42,826 bases of DNA from Pseudomonadota bacterium (GCA_030635485.1 DAOVYS010000001.1:1-42826), one strand, 5' to 3'. Shown: positions 31,111 to 39,448, counted from the stretch's first letter. Translations and numbers: made by a program. Notes: generated by a model from the sequence alone, not told the origin.

Positions 31111-32562
31111 TCAGATTTTTTCTCTCCTGCTGATATATTCAATTGAGATGCATGCCTGCTGGCCTAGATGTTCAAAATTTTCAAAACTGCTTATATCCAA
31201 TGGCCGTTTGCTTGGCTGACGGTCCGCGTAGAAAATGCCGATAGGGTTGTTCCCGGCGACAATCGGGGTTATAAAGAATGAGTTGACATCCAGTAAGCTT
31301 CTCATTTTGTGAATGATTGGGCTTGAGTATTCACAGGATGACGCGTTTTTTATCCAGATTCCTTTCCTCCGTTCAAACAATGCATCGAAAAATGGATTGC
31401 TCTTATCCGTTTCAACAGGGAATACAAAATTGTCTCTCAGATATTCAATAGTGGTTCCAAGAACAAATTTAGCCTTGATTTGAGATTTGACCGTATACAA
31501 GGCAAAGAGAGCCCGGTCCATGCCTACCCCTCTATGGATTCCTTCCAGCAGGCCTCCAAGCACTAGATTAAAGTCGGGGTTGCTTTGCAGCATAGTTGAA
31601 ATCTCCCTGAGAATTTTCAATAAAAGCATTGGGTTGGGCTCAGGAAATTTTGCGATTATTTCCTCTTCACGGGCCATTTCAGTTTTTTGCAATATTTCTT
31701 CGTGGCCAGGTATGTACTTTGCGATTTCAGGATTATATACGGCTGCAACCTCGGCCGCGAGTTTTGAATTTTTCTTGAGTATGGTATTGGCAGAGGGCAG
31801 GGATATGTTCATATAATTTGCTATTCTTCTGACGACAGGTTTGACTTCCTCCGTCTCCCAGCCATGTTCCGAAGTTTTTGCCAACTCTCTGCAAGAATTG
31901 ATAATTTTTGCAGAGAGATTTTTTCCTCTTCTCCTTTTGGATATTTTTTCAAGTATGCCTTTGAGGCTCCACCTTTCGATCAAGATGGCAGTCAGGTCTC
32001 TAAAGCGAAACCCAAGGGCCTTTTTTTGGGCTTTTTCCGGCGTATTGTCTTTGTGTTGTAACGTTTCCTGTAGATTGTCGATTTCCTCCTGGTCAGCGAG
32101 AGACCAGAATGCCATTTCACCAAGATCATATAATAGGGTTGCAATAAAAATTTCCTCTGTTTGCGATTCTCCCATTTTTTCAGCCAGTTCGCGGGCCTGG
32201 ACTGCTGAATGAACGGCCCGACTGATAAGTTGCCCAAGATGTTTTCTTTTCCCGTCGGCAATTAGTGAATCGATAATAGCCATTGATAGAGTCAGCTCTC
32301 TTATCTTTTCGAATCCCATACGGACTATAGCGCGACTGATGGTGCTTATTGATGTGTCAGTGGCTGTTCTATAAAAGGAACTGTTGGCAAATTTTAGAAT
32401 TTTTGCGGAAAGGGCAGGGTCATGAAGGATTATAGTTGCCAGATCACTGGCTGACGTATCGCTTGCTGATGTCATATTAGAGATTGACGTGATCGATGTC
32501 TTGAAAATAGGCATTTCTTCTCTGTTGATACGCTCTTCCCATGCCTCAAGTGTTTTTAACAT
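31111..32562 (-). CDS. HDOD domain plus GAF domain signalling protein.
   Basis: The HDOD region is LATIILHDPALSAKILKFANSSFYRTATDTSISTISRAIVRMGFEKIRELTLSMAI...ATLLYDLGEMAF. A C-terminal GAF-like region follows (LLEGIHRGVGMDRALFALY...PIVAGNNPIGIFYADR). A GGAGAG SD lies 9 nt upstream. Confidence 0.85.
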   Translation of the reverse strand: MLKTLEAWEERINREEMPIFKTSITSISNMTSASDTSASDLATIILHDPALSAKILKFANSSFYRTATDTSISTISRAIVRMGFEKIRELTLSMAIIDSLIADGKRKHLGQLISRAVHSAVQARELAEKMGESQTEEIFIATLLYDLGEMAFWSLADQEEIDNLQETLQHKDNTPEKAQKKALGFRFRDLTAILIERWSLKGILEKISKRRRGKNLSAKIINSCRELAKTSEHGWETEEVKPVVRRIANYMNISLPSANTILKKNSKLAAEVAAVYNPEIAKYIPGHEEILQKTEMAREEEIIAKFPEPNPMLLLKILREISTMLQSNPDFNLVLGGLLEGIHRGVGMDRALFALYTVKSQIKAKFVLGTTIEYLRDNFVFPVETDKSNPFFDALFERRKGIWIKNASSCEYSSPIIHKMRSLLDVNSFFITPIVAGNNPIGIFYADRQPSKRPLDISSFENFEHLGQQACISIEYISRREKI

Positions 32563-32587
32563 AGTGTGTGTCTCTCCCGCTTGCCTA

Positions 32588-33400
32588 TCAATGGCCTGCT
32601 ACTCTTTTAACCTGCCTGGGCATGAGCACTACTTTTTGGGTTTTTTTTGTCTCGAACAGAAGCAGCATGCCGGCACGGCAATACTCTCCGTCCTTCCATT
32701 GCCCCATTCTTTTTTCCCCATCCGGAAATGTAAGGGCTCCATGGCCATCAGGAGACCCGTTTTTCCATTCGCCTTTGTATTGCCAGTTGTTCCTCAGCCT
32801 GCCGGGGCCATTGGCGTTCAAGAAATCGGCCATTGACCGTTCATCCCTGTTTTTCTCACCTTGATATGTATAAGTTCCCTTGCCGTTTGGCAGGCCTTCA
32901 TTCCATTCACCCACGTAGGTGCTGCCGTTTGGAAGTTCCATGACACCTTGGCCGTGAAAGCGGTCATTGAGGAATTCGCCGGCATATTTTATTCCTTGTC
33001 TCCATGTCAGGACCCCGTGACCCTCATACCGGCTGTTAACAAATGCGCCATCATATTTTGTACCGTCCGGAAATGTGAGAATCCCATGGCCGTCCGATAT
33101 GCCGTTATTCCATTCACCAACATACTTTTCACCACCTGAATAGGTAATCGTTCCCTGGCCGTGGAAACTCCCGGCATAAAATTCGCCGACGTATTCAGAC
33201 CCATCTGGCTGAGTCCAGATCCCGTTTCCTTGAGGCACACCGTTTTTCCATTGGCCCTTGTACTTTTCTCCGCCCGGCCAGATGCAGGTCCCTTCGGTAA
33301 CACAGTCCCCTTCGACGCACTCACAGTCAAGTCCGTAAACGTTTAAACAAGGCAGACAGAAACAGATCGTTGCCATGATTGAGAAAAATTTGCTGGTCAT
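32588..33400 (-). CDS. Secreted MORN-repeat protein.
   Basis: About 8 tandem MORN units are present (YKGQWKNGVPQGNG, YVGEFYAGSFHGQG, YVGEWNNGISDGHG, YDGAFVNSRYEGHG, YAGEFLNDRFHGQG, YVGEWNEGLPNGKG, YKGEWKNGSPDGHG). There is a signal-like N-terminus MTSKFFSIMATICFCLPCLNVYG. The track start at 33442 is probably too long. Confidence 0.85.
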   Translation of the reverse strand: MTSKFFSIMATICFCLPCLNVYGLDCECVEGDCVTEGTCIWPGGEKYKGQWKNGVPQGNGIWTQPDGSEYVGEFYAGSFHGQGTITYSGGEKYVGEWNNGISDGHGILTFPDGTKYDGAFVNSRYEGHGVLTWRQGIKYAGEFLNDRFHGQGVMELPNGSTYVGEWNEGLPNGKGTYTYQGEKNRDERSMADFLNANGPGRLRNNWQYKGEWKNGSPDGHGALTFPDGEKRMGQWKDGEYCRAGMLLLFETKKTQKVVLMPRQVKRVAGH

Positions 33401-33533
33401 GCTCCATTTGCTCCTGGTATTATTATTACACGGCCCAAACAAATAAAGTTGATGTTGTTAGCTGATCTATACCATTAAAGTAGGGAACCTTCCAATTATA
33501 TGTTAAAGTGAATTTAATCGGTCATGTAACCAT

Positions 33534-33729
33534 GATGGCGTCGCAAAAAGTTCGATCTACTGCGTTGTAGCAATTTTTCAGCCACTCGGCATACCACATG
33601 TATGGCCTCGCACCTGAAAAATCACTACGCCTTGCACCCCAAGTCCACTTCCTGCGGGGCGTATATCGAACTTGGAGTTTATGCCCCTTGTGGGTACTTA
33701 GCCATCCCAAGATTTTTTACGAGTCCATC
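33534..33729. repeat. A structured palindromic element of about 195 bp upstream of queH.
   Basis: The outer arms are GATGGCGTCGCAAAAAG / TTTTTTACGAGTCCATC. Nested pairs are GTTCGAT/ATCGAAC and CAATTTTTCAG/CTGAAAAATC. It shares the sub-motif CACTTCCT..GGGGCG with family B. Confidence 0.6.
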
Positions 33730-33768
33730 AACCATAATCGTAAAAGTTTAAATCACCCGTGTATAACA

Positions 33769-34344
33769 ATGAATATCCTTATGCATATCTGCTGCGGTCC
33801 GTGCGCACTATATCCCTTTACTGTGCTGCGATCGGACGGCCATGAAATTCGTGGATTCTTTTATAATCCCAACATCCATCCGTACAGGGAATTTAAAAAA
33901 CGGCTGGCAGCGCTCAAGACGGTTGCCGGCAAAATGGGTCTTGAGATCGATTATGTGGAGGAGTATGGCCTTAAGGAGTATTTGCGCAAGGTGGTCTATA
34001 ATGAAGAGCGCCGTTGCTCTATCTGCTACGAGATGCGTCTGCTTCCAACCGTAAGGCATGCAAAATCGATCGGGGCCGATGCCTTTACCACGACTTTATT
34101 GTACAGCAGATACCAGAATCACGACCTGATCCGGGCTGCTGCTGAACGGTTGGCGGATGAATATGATATCTCTTTTTATTATCAGGATTTCAGGGAAGGA
34201 TGGCAGCAGGGCATTGACATGTCAATAAAAATGGATATATATCGCCAGCATTATTGCGGTTGTATATACAGTGAGCAGGAAAGATATGACAAAAGTAAGC
34301 GTTCACCAGCACCCCATTGCACGCGTTCAGGGCAAGTGACATAG
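33769..34344 (+). CDS. queH: Epoxyqueuosine reductase QueH (DUF208).
   Basis: Motifs seen are MNILMHICCGPCALYP, FFYNPNIHPYREF, CSICYEMRL and HYCGCIYS. The start is at 33769; the track start at 33598 reads through a structured repeat. Confidence 0.88.
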   Translation: MNILMHICCGPCALYPFTVLRSDGHEIRGFFYNPNIHPYREFKKRLAALKTVAGKMGLEIDYVEEYGLKEYLRKVVYNEERRCSICYEMRLLPTVRHAKSIGADAFTTTLLYSRYQNHDLIRAAAERLADEYDISFYYQDFREGWQQGIDMSIKMDIYRQHYCGCIYSEQERYDKSKRSPAPHCTRSGQVT

Positions 34345-34467
34345 GGTGGCTTATAGTCACCTGAATCACGTGTACCCCAGGGCACTTCCTCTGGGCGCAC
34401 CTGGAGCACTGGTAAACGCTTACATTCCGGGGAAGGCCGTAAGTTCGTACCCCTGGTGAACGGTTAT
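34295..34467. repeat. Family B structured repeat, copy B4 (full length, about 173 bp, two hairpin modules).
   Basis: It aligns end to end with B6: GTAAGCGTTCACCAGCACCCCAT...CACTGGTAAACGCTTACATTCCGGGGAAGGCCGTAAGTTCGTACCCCTGGTGAACGGTTAT. Confidence 0.9.
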
Positions 34468-34496
34468 GACAAAAAGGCCGGGAAGAAAATATCGCC

Positions 34497-35306
34497 TTAC
34501 CGCTTCATGGTGCCGGGCCTGAAATCAAATGAAGCAAACGATTTCAGGTCGGATAGGGATAGTTCGGGCAGCCATGATCGAAAGGTGCGTTTGGGAGGAT
34601 TGCCCGACCGAAGCGCAGCCAGCAGTTTTTCTGCCTCAGGCACAATTGATACCTCGGGGAATTGGGTCAGGATATATTCAAGCCGCTCCATGGCCTGATC
34701 ATATTCTCCGGTCTTAGTGTAAAAGGTGGCTACGTAGAATTCATGATTAGCGAGAAAATCATTGGCTGTCTTGATGCGCTTTTCGGCCTCCACAAAGTAA
34801 GAGGACCCCGGGAAGGTTTGATTCAGTCGTGAAAACGCCGTGATCGCATCGGTTGCCGTTTTTGTGTCCCTGTCTATCGTATCGATCTGCCGGTAGTGGC
34901 ACATGCCGATCTGGAAAAGGACGTAAGGGATCGCCTCGTTGGTTGGATGGTTTTTTTCAAATTCATCGTACAGAAGAAGGGCCTCGTCGTAATCTTTTTC
35001 ATAGTACTTGCAGTCAGCGGATTTGAGTTCCGCAAGTAAGCTGAAACGGCTGAACGGATAGCGGTCCTTTAATTTTTCAAAGGTCGCCAGAGCTGAATAA
35101 TACTCCCCATGATTGAGGTCGTTAAGACCATCCATGGCAAGACTTTCCGCAGTCTCCGGACGGGCCGCATTTTCGTACGGCCATACAATCCGGGCGAGTT
35201 GATCAAGTGCTGCGCATCCTGAAAGCCCTGCCAACATCACCCCTGAGAACAATATTATTAAAGAATTGCCGGCGATCGCCCGGATCCTGCTGATATTTCG
35301 GTTCAT
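34497..35306 (-). CDS. bamD: Outer membrane protein assembly factor BamD (YfiO) lipoprotein.
   Basis: It has a lipobox LAGLSGC and a TPR-like body with BamD-type segments (YYSALATFEKLKDRYPFSRFS..., FPGSSYFVEAEKRI...LANHEFYVATFY). Confidence 0.85.
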   Translation of the reverse strand: MNRNISRIRAIAGNSLIILFSGVMLAGLSGCAALDQLARIVWPYENAARPETAESLAMDGLNDLNHGEYYSALATFEKLKDRYPFSRFSLLAELKSADCKYYEKDYDEALLLYDEFEKNHPTNEAIPYVLFQIGMCHYRQIDTIDRDTKTATDAITAFSRLNQTFPGSSYFVEAEKRIKTANDFLANHEFYVATFYTKTGEYDQAMERLEYILTQFPEVSIVPEAEKLLAALRSGNPPKRTFRSWLPELSLSDLKSFASFDFRPGTMKR

Positions 35307-35374
35307 TATTTTGTTATCTTAAGTCTCTGATTATAAATATTTGGCCAATCCTTTCCCTGATAAAATTAATTGTA

Positions 35375-35455
35375 GGGGCGGGTTCCAAACCCGCCCTTTT
35401 TCGGGGCTAGCGAAGCGTAACCCGACAAAAAACAGGTTGATAGCGTCGGGTTACG
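35375..35455. repeat. Pair of GC-rich hairpins of a type that recurs in many genomes.
   Basis: The first is GGGGCGGGTT-CCAA-AACCCGCCC followed by TTTTT (35375-35401). The second is CGTAACCCGAC...GTCGGGTTACG (35416-35455), next to GCGAAGCG. Confidence 0.6.
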
Positions 35456-35579
35456 GCCTATCGGCCTAACCCCATCTACATAAGGCGTTGTTTTTATGTA
35501 CATGGGGTGGTCTGACATCGGAGGGTTGATACATGTGCTGATCCGATTGTCACCATTGGCATACGCCGGGAATCAGCGT

Positions 35580-35909
35580 TTATAACACTTTTTGAATCAT
35601 GTCAACAATCTGGGGCTTCCCGACTGCGCCTGTAATCTGATCAACAACCTTGCCGTCCTTGAACACGATCAGGGTTGGGATTGCCCTGATGCCGAATCTG
35701 CCCGGGGTCGCGGGATTTTGATCAACATTCATTTTAAATACATTAATCTTGCCGTCAAAATCTGCGGCCAGTTCTTCCACCACAGGTCCAATAGCCTTGC
35801 ACGGGCCGCACCACGGCGCCCAAAAATCAACCATTGCAGGCAGGTCGGATTTTAATATTTGTTCATCAAATTTGGAGTCCGTCGCTTCTTGAATTGTGCT
35901 GTCAGCCAT
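35580..35909 (-). CDS. trxA: Thioredoxin.
   Basis: It has the WAPWCGPCK active site, a PTLIVFKDG fold motif, and is about 109 aa. GGAGAGGAG lies 7 nt upstream of the ATG at 35909. The track start at 35927 is 6 codons longer. Confidence 0.93.
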   Translation of the reverse strand: MADSTIQEATDSKFDEQILKSDLPAMVDFWAPWCGPCKAIGPVVEELAADFDGKINVFKMNVDQNPATPGRFGIRAIPTLIVFKDGKVVDQITGAVGKPQIVDMIQKVL

Positions 35910-35999
35910 GTCTTTTCTCCTCTCCATGCAAAATTTTCAAATCTAAAAAAAATACTTCCCGGCCGTGATGTCGGCACGGGAAGAGGTATATCGAATATT

Positions 36000-36150
36000 A
36001 ACTCGTGTCCATCCAGAAATGTCACATTTCTGGACAGAGGGGTCGGGGGTTAGAGGTCGGGGACCAGAATAACAGATTGATTTTTCAGTTGTTTTTTGCT
36101 GATCCCTGACCCATAAATCCCAAAAAGGCCATTTCCGGACAGACACTAAC
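36000..36150 (+). repeat. Family A palindromic repeat, copy A5 (more diverged).
   Basis: The outer arms are CGTGTCCATCCAGAAATG / CCATTTCCGGACAGACAC. The core is AATAACAGATTGATTTTTCAGTTGTTTTTTGCTGATCCCTGACC. Confidence 0.8.
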
Positions 36151-36264
36151 TAACTGACGTCATATTACCTACTGTATCTTTTCCTGACAAGAAAATTTTA
36201 CATGGCAGAAGTCTGATCGCAAAATGGTTGCCTCGACATGACCAATTTCCCCTGAACTATCATT

Positions 36265-36294
36265 TTGACATGACCGGATGTGTCGTGCTATATT
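36265..36294 (+). promoter_or_regulatory. Candidate sigma70-type promoter for hemL.
   Basis: TTGACA (36265-36270), an 18-nt spacer, then TATATT (36289-36294), about 245 nt upstream of the hemL ATG. Confidence 0.35.
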
Positions 36295-36356
36295 GGTCCA
36301 CTTGTTCGTATGAGTTCTGGCAGTAGTATATGACATTTGATTTTGTCAATGTCATT

Positions 36357-36450
36357 GGTTCCGGGTTCAAAGGTTCAAAGGTTCAAGGTTTATTTGATCG
36401 GAATTTTCCCTTATTCAACCCTGAACCCTTGAACGTGGAACCTTGAACCG
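36357..36450. repeat. Hairpin built from tandem GGTTCAA heptamers (analogous in design to family C).
   Basis: The arms are GGGTTCAAAGGTTCAAAGGTTCAAGGTT (36363-36390) and AACCCTGAACCCTTGAACGTGGAACCTTGAACCG (36417-36450). Confidence 0.82.
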
Positions 36451-36539
36451 CAATTAACGGATTTTAATATTCAGGCAAGCACAAAAAACAATAGCCCATC
36501 CATATCAAAAACATAAAATACTCCCATTAAGGAGGTTCA

Positions 36540-37823
36540 ATGAATACTGAAAAATCCCGTATCCTGTTTGAAAAGGCTCAGGGTTACATCCCCGGTGGAG
36601 TAAACAGCCCGGTGCGCGCCTGCAAGTCCGTGGGCTGCAATCCACTTTTTATTGATCGAGCCTCCGGTTCAAAGATATTCGACGTAGACGGCAACACATT
36701 TATTGATTTTGTCTGCTCCTGGGGTCCGATGATCCTGGGGCATGATCATCCCGTGGTTCGGGAGGCGGTTGCCGAGGCGCTCGGCAAGGGGACAAGTTAT
36801 GGCGCCCCTACCCCCTCGGAGGTGGAATTGGCTGAACTTGTCACGGAAGCCGTGCCGTCGGTGGAGCGGGTCAGGTTTGTTAATTCCGGAACCGAGGCCA
36901 CAATGAGCGCAATTCGGCTTGCCCGCGGATATACCGGAAAAAATGTTGTGGTCAAATTTAACGGATGCTATCACGGACATGCGGACTCTTTTCTCGTCAA
37001 GGCCGGATCAGGGGTCATAACCCTTGGAATACCCGGCAGCCCTGGTGTGCCCGAGGATATTGTCAAGAATACGATTTCCATTCCGTACAATGATCCGAAA
37101 ATTCTTGAAAAGACGCTTCGTGATGAGTCTCTGAGCATCGCCTGTGTGATAATTGAACCAGTCGCAGGCAACATGGGCGTAGTGGTTCCTGATATCAATT
37201 TTTTAAAAAAATTAAAGGAATTAACAGAGGAACTCAAGATAGTGCTTATCTTCGACGAGGTGATTACCGGCTTTCGTCTAAGTTTTGGAGGCGCGCAGGG
37301 CAGATTCGGAATTAATCCGGACCTGACATGTCTCGGCAAGATAATCGGTGGTGGGCTCCCTGTTGGAGCTTATGGGGGTAAAAAGGAGATTATGGACATG
37401 ATTGCCCCGGGCGGCCCGGTCTATCAGGCGGGGACGCTGTCCGGCAATCCTCTGGCAATGGCTGCCGGTATTGCAACGTTAAAGCTGTTAAAGGAGCCTG
37501 GTTTCTATGACCGACTCGAAAAAAAGGCCGACTCGTTTGCGGCTGAACTGGAAGGAGTGGCGAAAAAATTCTCCTTGAATACGACAATGAACAGGATCGG
37601 TTCAATGATGACCACCTTTTTCACAGGGGAGGAGGTGACTGATTTTGCATCGGCCATGAAGGCGGACACGGGGAAATATAGCCGCTATTATAGGGGAATG
37701 CGGGCTCAAGGCGTATATCTGGCTCCCTCGCAGTTTGAGGCGTCATTTGTCTCCGCAGCGCACACTTCTGAGGATCTTGAAAAGGCGATTGAGAGCGCTG
37801 AAAAAGTTCTTGCAAAATTGTAA
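36540..37823 (+). CDS. hemL: Glutamate-1-semialdehyde 2,1-aminomutase.
   Basis: Motifs seen are [56 protein letters not shown] and [10 protein letters not shown]. It has a strong AGGAGG SD. Confidence 0.95.
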   Translation: MNTEKSRILFEKAQGYIPGGVNSPVRACKSVGCNPLFIDRASGSKIFDVDGNTFIDFVCSWGPMILGHDHPVVREAVAEALGKGTSYGAPTPSEVELAELVTEAVPSVERVRFVNSGTEATMSAIRLARGYTGKNVVVKFNGCYHGHADSFLVKAGSGVITLGIPGSPGVPEDIVKNTISIPYNDPKILEKTLRDESLSIACVIIEPVAGNMGVVVPDINFLKKLKELTEELKIVLIFDEVITGFRLSFGGAQGRFGINPDLTCLGKIIGGGLPVGAYGGKKEIMDMIAPGGPVYQAGTLSGNPLAMAAGIATLKLLKEPGFYDRLEKKADSFAAELEGVAKKFSLNTTMNRIGSMMTTFFTGEEVTDFASAMKADTGKYSRYYRGMRAQGVYLAPSQFEASFVSAAHTSEDLEKAIESAEKVLAKL

Positions 37824-37887
37824 GCGTTTATGTGCCGAGTCGCCCCTGTGACCGGTCGTAGAAAAGTGGTGTAACTTTAAAAAACCA

Positions 37888-37916
37888 TTGACTTTAAAAT
37901 GCTGCCATGATAATTA
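37888..37916 (+). promoter_or_regulatory. Candidate sigma70-type promoter for the atpZ-atpI-atpB-atpE operon.
   Basis: TTGACT (37888-37893), a 17-nt spacer, then TAATTA (37911-37916). The alternative is GATAAT with a 15-nt spacer. Confidence 0.35.
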
Positions 37917-37988
37917 ATGCCCGTTGAACTTTCCAGCGCGAGTTGTTTTCATAGGCATAGGCAAATCGATAAGGTCTGGAGGGAGCAT

Positions 37989-38237
37989 ATGTCCAACATG
38001 CGTGGCGACTTGATGCGGGTAATGGCCGACGCCAGTACGATCGGCATAACAATGGCCGCCTGCATATTCATCGGTGTTGGGGTTGGTTATTATCTGGACA
38101 ACAAGGTATTTCATGGAAGCACGTCTCCGTGGCTTCTGCTTATTTTTACCGGATACGGAATCATAGCAGCTTTTCTCAGTCTGTTTAGGCTGGTCAAGAA
38201 AAAGGAGATGCAGAATCAACCGCCAAAAGACGACTGA
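37989..38237 (+). CDS. atpZ: AtpZ/AtpI-family small membrane protein (putative F0F1-ATPase accessory subunit).
   Basis: It has two TM segments (IGITMAACIFIGVGVGYYLD; WLLLIFTGYGIIAAFLSLF) in the position preceding atpI-atpB. GGAGGGAgcatATG gives the start at 37989; the track ORF starts at 37917. Confidence 0.7.
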   Translation: MSNMRGDLMRVMADASTIGITMAACIFIGVGVGYYLDNKVFHGSTSPWLLLIFTGYGIIAAFLSLFRLVKKKEMQNQPPKDD

Positions 38238-38277
38238 GATCTCGATAAGTAAAATTCAGAGGTTTAATTGGATATTA

Positions 38278-38607
38278 TTGTTGATCCTGACAGTGGCAGG
38301 ATGGGTAACATTTTCCGCCCTGATTGCCAAATCGATCTTTATTGGCGGTCTGGTTTCCAATATCTGTTTCGGGTGGCTTAAAAGGGATCTTACAGGACTT
38401 CTGAATGGATCGGCAAGTCCTTCAAAAATTAAGTTTATTTTTAGGTATTATCTGCGCCTTGCAGTAGTGGTAATGGTTCTTTATTGCCTTATCAAACTGC
38501 AGATGGTTCACACGGTCGGGCTTGTGCTCGGTTTGTCCACCGTGATAATAGGTATCAGCATCACCGCGATCGCGGAGGCAAAAAAGACCGGGCTAATGTT
38601 AACGTGA
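38278..38607 (+). CDS. atpI: ATP synthase protein I (AtpI)-like membrane protein.
   Basis: It has four hydrophobic segments, lies immediately upstream of atpB, and starts with TTG. The family call rests on position and topology only. Confidence 0.6.
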   Translation: MLILTVAGWVTFSALIAKSIFIGGLVSNICFGWLKRDLTGLLNGSASPSKIKFIFRYYLRLAVVVMVLYCLIKLQMVHTVGLVLGLSTVIIGISITAIAEAKKTGLMLT

Positions 38608-38626
38608 AGGAGGCCATTAACGTACC

Positions 38627-39352
38627 ATGGAACATCCAATACTATTCATCACGGTAATTTTGGAGCAACTTGGGTGGATCAGCCATTCAATGGACGGCAT
38701 TGGTAAAGCCGATCTCCTGAGACTGTCGCAACCCCATATCACCTATGCATGGTTTGTGATGGCATTTCTTATGATCATGCCGAAACTGACCATGGGTAAA
38801 ATTGAGATGATTCCCGGCAAAGGCCAGAATTTCTGGGAAGCCCTGATTGGCGGCATGGAATCGTTCATGGCCGAGACCATGGGTAAGGATGGCGCAAAAA
38901 TGATGTTTCCCATGCTGGCGACATTCGGACTATTCATCCTTGTCAGCAATCTGGTCGGCCTCATGCCCTTATTTATGTCTCCAACCTCCAACATTAACGT
39001 TACACTCGCCTGCACGATAATTGTTGTGACCACAACACATATACTCGGGCTTAAATTTCATGGTGTTGGTTACATCAAACATTTTCTCGGGCCTATCCCA
39101 TGGCTTATCCCGTTGATGTTGCCCATTGAAATTATCAGTCATGCCGCAAGGCTTCTTTCGCTCTCCTTGCGTCTCTTTGGTAATATCATGGCAAAAGAGA
39201 CACTTTTGGGCATTCTTTTTCTGCTTGCCGGCGCTTACTTTGCACCGTTGCCGATTCTGTGTCTCGGCATCCTGGTATCGGTTGTTCAGGCCCTGGTTTT
39301 TGTACTGCTTTCCATGCTTTACTTTGCAGGCGCCATGGAACATGCTCACTGA
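38627..39352 (+). CDS. atpB: F0F1 ATP synthase subunit a.
   Basis: It shows LFILVSNLVGLMP and the conserved Arg region LSLSLRLFGNIMAKE, with a C-terminal QALVFVLLSMLYF. Confidence 0.93.
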   Translation: MEHPILFITVILEQLGWISHSMDGIGKADLLRLSQPHITYAWFVMAFLMIMPKLTMGKIEMIPGKGQNFWEALIGGMESFMAETMGKDGAKMMFPMLATFGLFILVSNLVGLMPLFMSPTSNINVTLACTIIVVTTTHILGLKFHGVGYIKHFLGPIPWLIPLMLPIEIISHAARLLSLSLRLFGNIMAKETLLGILFLLAGAYFAPLPILCLGILVSVVQALVFVLLSMLYFAGAMEHAH

Positions 39353-39448
39353 AATAGTGGGCCGCATCCATTGAAAAAAATAAATGGTTAAACCATTAAA
39401 GTTATAAGAAGAAGGCCAAACATTAAACCTTAAGAAGGAGGAAAACTC

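Noticed and set aside
30986-31219. A 77-aa plus-strand ORF in the intergenic region, overlapping the HDOD-GAF 3' end.
   Set aside because: It has a non-ATG start without an SD, is Arg/Phe-rich, overlaps a supported gene antisense, and includes a family C-like motif.
35371-35401. GGGGCGGGTTCCAAACCCGCCC as a tRNA T-arm or a functional terminator.
   Set aside because: There is no acceptor, D or anticodon arm around it, so it is not a tRNA. As a plus-strand terminator it has no upstream plus-strand gene, and on the minus strand there is no T-run after the stem.
5034-36150. The possibility that the recurring repeats are a CRISPR array.
   Set aside because: The copies are dispersed over 31 kb with genes between them, occur in both orientations, and are long palindromes of 100-175 bp. 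They are not regularly spaced 25-40 bp direct repeats with unique spacers, and no cas genes are present.
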